32,000 bases of DNA from the NCBI GenBank assembly GCA_048938295.1, contig JBHLMI010000010.1, positions 30,001 to 62,000 on the forward strand. The letters run 5' to 3'. A model generated the notes under the pieces. The model searched no databases. It saw only the letters and a program-made list of their open reading frames with translations, and had not been told where the DNA came from. Of the stretch, positions 16,656 to 23,368 are shown one piece after another. Source of the DNA: Promethearchaeota archaeon. GTDB taxonomy: Archaea > Asgardarchaeota > Hermodarchaeia > Hermodarchaeales > Hermodarchaeaceae. The position numbers and the translations under genes are program-made. Every line of letters starts with the position of its first letter. Position 1 is the stretch's first letter.

Positions 16656-17945
16656 ATGGTCAATTTTGACCGGCGTCGTATCATCGCCTTTGATGTTGAC
16701 GGAACAGTAATTAACGGGTTCTGGCTCTCTCAAGTCGTAGCAAGGTTTGGTTTACTCAAAGCGTTTGTTTTTGGTGTGTTGGGTATTCTCTACGAAGCCC
16801 GTATCATGGAGATCGCGTCTTTTATGCGATACTCGTACCGTCTACTTCGCGGAGCTCCCAAGGACTGGCTTATTCGTATGACAGATCAGGTGTACTTGCA
16901 TCGGGGAGTGAAAGAGACTTTCAACATTCTCCGCGGCCAAGGTCACATTATCGTCCTTATGAGTTCCGGGATACCCGATTTCGCGGTGGGTCGGCTAGCT
17001 AAGAACCTGGGGGGTCATTTCGCTAGCGGTATTCGAGTAGAACTTGAAGACAATCGTCTTACAGGCCACATAGCTGCTCTAGATTGCCAGGGACAGAGTA
17101 AAGTTGATGCATTACAAAATATCATCGAGCTCCACAAACTTAACGACTGTGAAACCATCTGTATAGCTAACGATCGAAACAATGTTCCTCTGTTTGAATT
17201 CGTTGATCTTCCGGTTGGTTTTCGCCCAGATCAAGTTGCGCGTCGCCATGTTCGTGTGGTTGTAAAAACACCTGACTTACGTGCACTTCTACCATACCTT
17301 TCATTCCCTACAGTTCGGGTTCATGTTCCGCGACGGTTGGGACAAGAAATCTTGCGACAACTTCTTCATGCTAGTGCGGTTATCATCCCTTTATTTTGGC
17401 TGTGGGATGTTTCATGGCATTTCCCAATTTACCTATTGATTGGAAGCCTAACGCTTCTTTTCATCATTTCCGAAGTCCTTAGAAGCTTTGGGATACAAAT
17501 CCCAATCATTTCCAATGCAGTGATGGCTGCGGGACGCGAAGATGAGATTGACAGCTATATTCTCTCTCCTATCTACTTCGCTGCAGGTGTCACACTCCCC
17601 CTTCTCATCTTGGGCACCTTACTAAATCTGCCCTCCATCGCCGCTGCCAGTGTCATCGCATTCCTAATTGGCGATGCGTTTTCTACAATTGGCGGTATCT
17701 TATTTGGACGACACCACTATCCGTTCAATCCTAAGAAAACACTTGAAGGCACCATAATCGGATTTTCAATTGCCTTCTTTATCCTGTTGCTCATTGTATC
17801 TCCCCTTTCTGCATTACTCGTTGTGGTTATAGCGGCGATTATTGAACTGCTTCCTATTCGATTGGATGACAATCTCGCGGTTCCCCTTATTACCGCAACA
17901 ATCTTGATGGGCCTTCAAATATTCGGAATCTATTATTTCATCTAA
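16656..17945 (+). CDS. Fusion of a SerB-like HAD phosphatase domain and a CTP-dependent dolichol/phytol/DAG kinase-family membrane domain
   Basis: N-terminal FDVDGT, LMSSG and motif-III Lys (QSKV). C-terminal multi-TM domain with RQLLH, IGDAFSTIGG, KKTLEG and DDNL. Confidence 0.8.
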   Translation: MVNFDRRRIIAFDVDGTVINGFWLSQVVARFGLLKAFVFGVLGILYEARIMEIASFMRYSYRLLRGAPKDWLIRMTDQVYLHRGVKETFNILRGQGHIIVLMSSGIPDFAVGRLAKNLGGHFASGIRVELEDNRLTGHIAALDCQGQSKVDALQNIIELHKLNDCETICIANDRNNVPLFEFVDLPVGFRPDQVARRHVRVVVKTPDLRALLPYLSFPTVRVHVPRRLGQEILRQLLHASAVIIPLFWLWDVSWHFPIYLLIGSLTLLFIISEVLRSFGIQIPIISNAVMAAGREDEIDSYILSPIYFAAGVTLPLLILGTLLNLPSIAAASVIAFLIGDAFSTIGGILFGRHHYPFNPKKTLEGTIIGFSIAFFILLLIVSPLSALLVVVIAAIIELLPIRLDDNLAVPLITATILMGLQIFGIYYFI

Positions 17946-17966
17946 ACAACTGAGATCACAATCCCC

Positions 17967-17979
17967 CGACTTTATAAGT
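17967..17979 (+). promoter_or_regulatory. Candidate TATA box (TTTATAA) inside GACTT-TAT-AAGTC
   Basis: About 42 nt before ATG 18021. Confidence 0.45.
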
Positions 17980-18020
17980 CCGTTCCATCTCTTTCATGAT
18001 AGCTGATAGGACTGAGACCC

Positions 18021-18932
18021 ATGTCAAACCAACAATGCCCTGAATGTGGCCGACAACTAAAACCTAATGCCAAGTTCTGCTCCTACTGCGGGGTTTCCCT
18101 CGCTACACGAAAAAAAGCCGTTGAAAATATTCAGGCTCAACCCGCAAGTGCAGCCCCGGTTTCAGGCAACCAAATTCCACACGAATTAACAGAAATACCT
18201 CCTACAGTTGAATCTGCGTTAATTATGCGAGGAAAACTGGAAAGACTACGGTCCCAAAAAGCAGCCCTTGATGAAGAGCAAGAAACAGTGAATGTCAAGC
18301 AACTTGTCGGTGAACTTTCCGAAAAAGAAGCAAAAACTCAATCTGACAAATTTCAACAGCGCTTAGATCCAATAACAAAAGAAATTGAAGAACTAGAAAG
18401 CAAAGCTATCACTCCCTTAGAACAGCTTAAACAGGACAAGGAGGTCCAAGAAGGACGCCTTCAACGACTAGAAGAACTTCAGAAATCAGGAGAAGTTGAC
18501 ACCGCAATTTACCAACGGCTCTCCAGCGAGTACCGAGGGAAGCTCTCCGAAATCAATCAACAACTTGATAATGAAGTATCCCAAGCAAACCGTTGGCTAG
18601 CTCAACTAGAAGATCGCAAACAGCAATTAGAGTTTGATAAAGAGACCCTCCAAATTCGTGCACGTATTGATGAGGTTTCTAAACGCGATGTAAATAAACA
18701 GCTTAAAGGCATCGATGATGAAGTGAACAAACTTACCAGCATCATCGGGGGCCTCCGATCAATATTGGGCAGTGCTGTAGCTCCACCTAAAGCCTTTATA
18801 CCCAAACCTGCTGCCACTCCTAGTCAGAAACCATCTGGCAAAGCAGTTACTGAAACGTGTCCATACTGTCAAGCGAAAATTACGCCCGGTTCAAAGTGGT
18901 GCTATTCCTGTGGACGTTTACTTCAGGGTTAA
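18021..18932 (+). CDS. Zinc ribbon - long coiled coil (CdvA-like) - zinc ribbon protein
   Basis: CPECG-x6-FCSYCG at the N-terminus and CPYC-x8-WCYSCG at the C-terminus. Charged heptad-rich middle with RLQRLEELQKSGEVDTAIYQRLSSEY. Confidence 0.75.
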   Translation: MSNQQCPECGRQLKPNAKFCSYCGVSLATRKKAVENIQAQPASAAPVSGNQIPHELTEIPPTVESALIMRGKLERLRSQKAALDEEQETVNVKQLVGELSEKEAKTQSDKFQQRLDPITKEIEELESKAITPLEQLKQDKEVQEGRLQRLEELQKSGEVDTAIYQRLSSEYRGKLSEINQQLDNEVSQANRWLAQLEDRKQQLEFDKETLQIRARIDEVSKRDVNKQLKGIDDEVNKLTSIIGGLRSILGSAVAPPKAFIPKPAATPSQKPSGKAVTETCPYCQAKITPGSKWCYSCGRLLQG

Positions 18933-19444
18933 GGAAGCATAAACCGAACGGCTTCATATCCACCAACGCTGTCGCCTTTTCGCCCCCAAACAAAAAGAAA
19001 GGGATTACGGATCACATACTCCATGGGGGTTTCGACTTCAATAATTCGCGTGCCCACTGGGAACAGATACAGGACATCAATATCATATTCGGCCAGTTCT
19101 TCCTCAACGTCGCTGCTTAGTTCGTTTTTCCCATCCCGAGGGGTGCCTTGGAAATGAACAATCCACTGGAAATAAGCAATTTGAGGGCTTCCTCGCAACC
19201 CGATATCGACATGCAGGAGTTTTTGGTTAACACGTTTATCATTGATAAAGACTTTTTCCGCCGCAAGAAATTCTGTCATATTCGCTTGAATCATATTAAC
19301 CTCTTGTTGCAGAGCCTCTTGGTCTTTCAGAATCCTCTCGTACACCCCTTCAGGGTCATGATAATCATAAATAATAACCTGATATACTTCCAAAGCAGGA
19401 GAAATCGAGAAAACTGAGGAGGCGAATAAGGGCTGCACATTCAT
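18929..19444 (-). CDS. Hypothetical protein (resembles a conserved archaeal uncharacterised family)
   Basis: 171-aa ORF with GGAGTGA RBS, filling the gap and overlapping the neighbour's stop by 4 nt. Pattern NMxxFLxxExVxINxxxV...RG...G.N...EYD...FP...EV...GGYE. Confidence 0.7.
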   Translation of the reverse strand: MNVQPLFASSVFSISPALEVYQVIIYDYHDPEGVYERILKDQEALQQEVNMIQANMTEFLAAEKVFINDKRVNQKLLHVDIGLRGSPQIAYFQWIVHFQGTPRDGKNELSSDVEEELAEYDIDVLYLFPVGTRIIEVETPMEYVIRNPFLFVWGRKGDSVGGYEAVRFMLP

Positions 19445-19526
19445 ATGTAGGACTCTCCATCACTCCCTTTTTATTTAGTAACCTCAATTAAGACAATAAA
19501 CGCCTCAAGAGTTGGATGTGTACTGG

Positions 19527-20126
19527 ATGCTTCAAGGGATATTCATCGCAATTGAAGGTATCGATGGAAGTGGGACGACCACACATGCAAAACTACTATG
19601 TAACTGGCTTAGGAAACAAGCGCTAGAGGTGGTCCAAACCCATGAACCCACTGATGAAAGAATTGGTCGCCTTATTCGAGTAATATTACAGGACACCACG
19701 GTATCTCCTGCCATTGATGCACTGCTTTTTGCCGCAGATCGTATCGATAACACAATCAATAAAATCCAACCCGCCCTCGACCAAGGGAAAGTCGTAGTTA
19801 CAGACCGCTATGTTGAATCCTCTTATGCCTACCAGTGCTCCTCGGGACTTGACCGCGAATGGGTTCAGAATCTGAACCGATATGCTCTCACACCCACGCT
19901 TACTTTTCTACTCGACATTGCTCCTAAAATCGCTCTAGCTCGAAAGAGAAGACCAAAGCCAAAAGAAAAATTCGAACATGAAGCATTTCTAACAAAGGTG
20001 CGACAAATATTTCTTGAAAGGGCTCAAGAACAGGGATTCATCGTAATTAACGCAGAACGATCAATCAAAGAAGTTCAAGACCAACTCCAAAAACATGTCG
20101 AACCATTACTCACAAGCCTTAAGTAA
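19527..20126 (+). CDS. tmk: Thymidylate (dTMP) kinase
   Basis: FIAIEGIDGSG, THEP, LLFAADR, VTDRY, SSYAYQ, LDI and EKFE motifs. P-loop reads GSGTTT. Confidence 0.92.
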   Translation: MLQGIFIAIEGIDGSGTTTHAKLLCNWLRKQALEVVQTHEPTDERIGRLIRVILQDTTVSPAIDALLFAADRIDNTINKIQPALDQGKVVVTDRYVESSYAYQCSSGLDREWVQNLNRYALTPTLTFLLDIAPKIALARKRRPKPKEKFEHEAFLTKVRQIFLERAQEQGFIVINAERSIKEVQDQLQKHVEPLLTSLK

Positions 20127-20147
20127 CGCCATCCTACTTTTTACATC

Positions 20148-20219
20148 GGCGGCAATGAAGAGGAAACCTATAGTCACTGATTACAAGATGAAGTGAACGA
20201 CGGGCGGACTAGAGCCGCC
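20148..20219 (+). ncRNA. Box C/D guide sRNA, predicted to methylate 16S rRNA C1402 (E. coli numbering)
   Basis: Terminal stem GGCGGC (20148-53)/GCCGCC (20214-19). Box C ATGAAGA 20155-61, D' CTGA 20177-80, C' ATGAAGT 20188-94, variant D CT(A)GA 20209-13. The D guide contains GACGGGCGG (20199-207), complementary to the universal 16S CCGCCCGUC. Confidence 0.78.
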
Positions 20220-20274
20220 ACCTTTCTTCAGCACATATTAGAAACCAATTTGATGGTCAATAAAAATGGCTAAT

Positions 20275-20649
20275 CTATGATTGTAAAATGGATTCGATTT
20301 GGCTACTGTACCGTTTCATAACAAGGAAAATCATTCCTAAGTTTGCGCTTTTCTTTACCAAGGATGTGAGAATAGCATTTTCACCAGCGCCTTTCAAAAT
20401 AATATAGCCGTTTTCCGCTTCAACTGTTATCTGCATAAGCTTGCCACGGGGAATCTCTGTCAAAGCGCGTTCTGCAACGCCAAGAAGCGCGGCCGTCATA
20501 GCTGCCACTATAGCCTCATTAACGGTCTGTGGCATTGCCGCTACTATGGGCAAACCCTGTGCGGTAACAATTGCACTGGCTTCAATACCCGGTGTCGTAC
20601 TCTCCATTTGACGAAGGAGATCTTGAAGATTCTTCGCAGTAGCCGACAT
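20275..20649 (-). CDS. Roadblock/LC7 (MglB-like) domain protein
   Basis: 124 aa. GIEASAIVTAQGLPI, AAMTAALLGVAERAL and ITVEAENGYIIL follow the roadblock pattern. Confidence 0.9.
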   Translation of the reverse strand: MSATAKNLQDLLRQMESTTPGIEASAIVTAQGLPIVAAMPQTVNEAIVAAMTAALLGVAERALTEIPRGKLMQITVEAENGYIILKGAGENAILTSLVKKSANLGMIFLVMKRYSSQIESILQS

Positions 20650-20751
20650 AGTTTGGACCCCAACTCGCTATTTGTCTTAAAATAGCTAAAATTGTTCTGG
20701 TCAATGCGAACTTCGTGAAAAAGGCTTCAAAATCCGCCTCTTCGAGACCAT

Positions 20752-20763
20752 AAACCTTAAAGA
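20752..20763 (+). promoter_or_regulatory. Candidate BRE/TATA (AAACCTTAAAGA) for map
   Basis: About 45 nt upstream of ATG 20808; AGGTGG RBS at 20794-20799. Confidence 0.45.
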
Positions 20764-20807
20764 AACTCCCCTTTACTGACAAGCACCATTCTAAGGTGGC
20801 GAATATC

Positions 20808-21800
20808 ATGGTCAAAAAGAATGTTCCCGAAAAAGAACCGGAACCGGTTGAGGAACCAGAAAAAAAACCCCAGACTGTCAAAGAAGCTACTGAAGCCACG
20901 GAAGAAGAGGAAACACCAGAAGAGAAGTATCGTCGTGCCGGAAAGATAGCAAGTCAAGTCAGAGAAGAAATCCGCCCACAGGTTAAAGTCGGAGCCCTCG
21001 CACTTGATATCTGCGAAGCAGCAGAAGCACGCATAATTGAATTAGGGGGTGGCATCGGGTTCCCAACAAATTGTTCGATTAATGAAGTTGCCGCTCACTA
21101 TTCTAGCCCTGAAGAAGATAAGACCATGATTCAGGAAGGTGACGTGGTCAAAGTCGACATTGGCGTTCATATCGATGGCTACATCGCAGACACAGCTTTT
21201 ACTGTCAGTTTTGATCCCGAACTCAAAACCCTTGTCGAAGCCAGTCAAGAGTCCCTCAAAAAAGCTCTCCTCCTCATCCGACCGAAAACCAACAGTAAAG
21301 ACCTTGGTAAAATCATTGAAGATACTATTCGGGGTTACGGCTATCGACCGATTCGGGATCTGAGTGGTCATCAACTTGACGAATACGTCCTTCATGGGTC
21401 CAAAAGCTTGCCTAACATCGCTGTTCCCTATGGCTCTGTCCTCGAAGAAGGGGAAGCATACGCCCTAGAAACCTTTGCCACCACAGGAACCGGGAGTGTC
21501 CACGAAACTGGACAACATTATATCTACAGTCTAAACCCTGCCCGCATAGCAGTTCGGTCACAAGGAGCTAGAGATATCATCCGCCTTGTTGCTCGGGAAT
21601 TTAAAAGCCTGCCATTCAGTCGTCGCTATCTAACCAAACATGTCCCTAAACTCAGCCTAGCTCTAGGGCTCCGTGAACTCACAACCAAAAAGGTGCTTCG
21701 CCAATATAGCGTTCTCGCCGACTCGAAAGGCAGTCGAGTTGCCCAAACAGAGCACACCTTCCTCGTAAACAAAGATGGCATTGAAATCACTACCGAATAA
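20808..21800 (+). CDS. map: Type 2 methionine aminopeptidase with charged N-terminal extension
   Basis: FPTNCSINEVAAHY, KVDIGVHIDGYIADTA, SGH, ETF and QTEHT metal ligands, plus the type-2 helical insert. Confidence 0.95.
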   Translation: MVKKNVPEKEPEPVEEPEKKPQTVKEATEATEEEETPEEKYRRAGKIASQVREEIRPQVKVGALALDICEAAEARIIELGGGIGFPTNCSINEVAAHYSSPEEDKTMIQEGDVVKVDIGVHIDGYIADTAFTVSFDPELKTLVEASQESLKKALLLIRPKTNSKDLGKIIEDTIRGYGYRPIRDLSGHQLDEYVLHGSKSLPNIAVPYGSVLEEGEAYALETFATTGTGSVHETGQHYIYSLNPARIAVRSQGARDIIRLVAREFKSLPFSRRYLTKHVPKLSLALGLRELTTKKVLRQYSVLADSKGSRVAQTEHTFLVNKDGIEITTE

Positions 21801-21930
21801 TTTCACGAAATGAGATTTTCTAAGCTAAATTATCCAAATCGTGAAAACTTGTGAAAAAAACGGGTTTTAGTCGGGTACTACGAAGATATGTGCAAAGCTA
21901 TCATTAACATTATTATGTTTACACGTATGC

Positions 21931-21950
21931 TTGAAGAAAGCTTTAAAAGG
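21931..21950 (+). promoter_or_regulatory. Candidate BRE/TATA (GAAGAAAGCTTTAAAA) upstream of tfb
   Basis: Purine-rich BRE followed by TTTAAA. Confidence 0.45.
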
Positions 21951-22177
21951 CTGGAAGCCCGATGCCTACTGGCGAACCTTATAAAGGTTTCGCAACTCCA
22001 AGCGGGGAAAAATTCCACAAATCTACACAATGACAGCATCAATTTCCGTCGTAATCAGCGGATGATGGAAAAAGTTGCTGAATGCATTCGCCAATGGACT
22101 GGGACGATGCTCTTAGAGAACAAGCTCTCTCAACGCCCATGTCCCCTCTTCATCGGAGAAAGAAGGTCGAAAGAGTA

Positions 22178-23146
22178 ATGGTTGAAGAAGCTCCTTTTGT
22201 CGAAGAAAAACTTCGGGTCAGTCCGCCCACGGCCTCTCAGCAAGTAACTCGCTGCCCCGACTGCAGCGGACAAGAAGTCATCCGCGACACAACTCGCGGT
22301 GAAATCATTTGCCGGAATTGCGGACTTGTACTTGACGCCCATATGGTTGATCAAGGACCTGAATGGCGGGCTTTTACCTCGGAAGAGCATGACAAACGCA
22401 GCCGAGTGGGAAGCCCTATGACCTACACCGTACACGACAAAGGCTTAAGCACCATGATTGACTGGCGCAACCGTGACGCCTACGGGAAAAAACTGGCACC
22501 TAGCCGTCGAGCCCAAATCTATCGGCTCCGAAAATGGCAAATCCGAACCCGGGTTCATTCCAGCATTGATCGAAACCTTGCTTATGCCATGAGTGAACTA
22601 GATCGGTTAACCAGCCAGCTTGGCGTCCCGCGGCCAGTCAAAGAAGCGGCAGCTATCCTTTATCGTCGTGCAATCGAACACCACCTGATTCGGGGACGAA
22701 GTATTGAAGCAATGATTGCTTCATGCGTTTATGCAGCCTGTCGCCTCCGTCAGGTCCCACGAACCCTCGATGAAATTGCCCATCACAGTCGAATCAGCCG
22801 CAAGGAACTCGGTCGTTGTTATCGGCTCCTACTTCGCGAGCTTGAGGTGCGTATCCCAATCGCCTCACCCACGGATTTCATTCCACGCTTTGCCCAAGCG
22901 TTAGAACTTAGCGGAGATGTTCAGCACACCGCCGCCGAAATCGTCGACCAAGCCCGTTCCAAAGGCATCACAGCCGGTAAGGACCCAACAGGTCTTGCCG
23001 CGGCCAGTCTCTATATCGCCTCTATTCAAGAAGGTGAACGACGTACCCAACGTGAAATTGCTGAAGTAAGCCGAGTCACCGAAGTTACTGTTCGCAATCG
23101 CTACAAAGAACTTGTTCGTGAACTTGGCTTGAAAGTTGAGGTCTGA
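22178..23146 (+). CDS. tfb: Transcription initiation factor IIB (TFB)
   Basis: Zn ribbon CPDC...CRNCG, GPEWRAF B-reader, two cyclin repeats, GKDPTG and TEVTVRNRYKEL. Start uncertain (ATG 22178; the frame is open to ATG 22082). Confidence 0.96.
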   Translation: MVEEAPFVEEKLRVSPPTASQQVTRCPDCSGQEVIRDTTRGEIICRNCGLVLDAHMVDQGPEWRAFTSEEHDKRSRVGSPMTYTVHDKGLSTMIDWRNRDAYGKKLAPSRRAQIYRLRKWQIRTRVHSSIDRNLAYAMSELDRLTSQLGVPRPVKEAAAILYRRAIEHHLIRGRSIEAMIASCVYAACRLRQVPRTLDEIAHHSRISRKELGRCYRLLLRELEVRIPIASPTDFIPRFAQALELSGDVQHTAAEIVDQARSKGITAGKDPTGLAAASLYIASIQEGERRTQREIAEVSRVTEVTVRNRYKELVRELGLKVEV

Positions 23147-23166
23147 GTTTTCTGCTCAGATCCCAC

Positions 23167-23179
23167 TTTTCTCTTTTTT
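23167..23179 (+). terminator. T-rich archaeal terminator candidate after tfb
   Basis: TTTTCTCTTTTTT about 20 nt after the stop. Confidence 0.4.
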
Positions 23180-23368
23180 GTAACAAAGATTTCCTTTAGA
23201 ATGAAATTTCTTCACAAAACTATCTTGAATTCAAGCCTTAAACTGACTCCCTAGATGATTTTTGTCGCCGTTTTCTCCTATCGCCAAAAGGTAATTCAAC
23301 TAGAACCACACAATAGCCGATACTTAGTAGTTTACTATAAACAACTCCTATGGAGTGTAGGACGACTA

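Noticed and set aside
20860-20867. A8 run in map as a slippage or frameshift site
   Set aside because: The reading frame is intact through the run and yields a full enzyme.
22055-22081. GATGATGGA...CTGA as a second box C/D RNA
   Set aside because: The boxes are only 8 nt apart with no guide or C'/D' pair; it reads as a simple hairpin.
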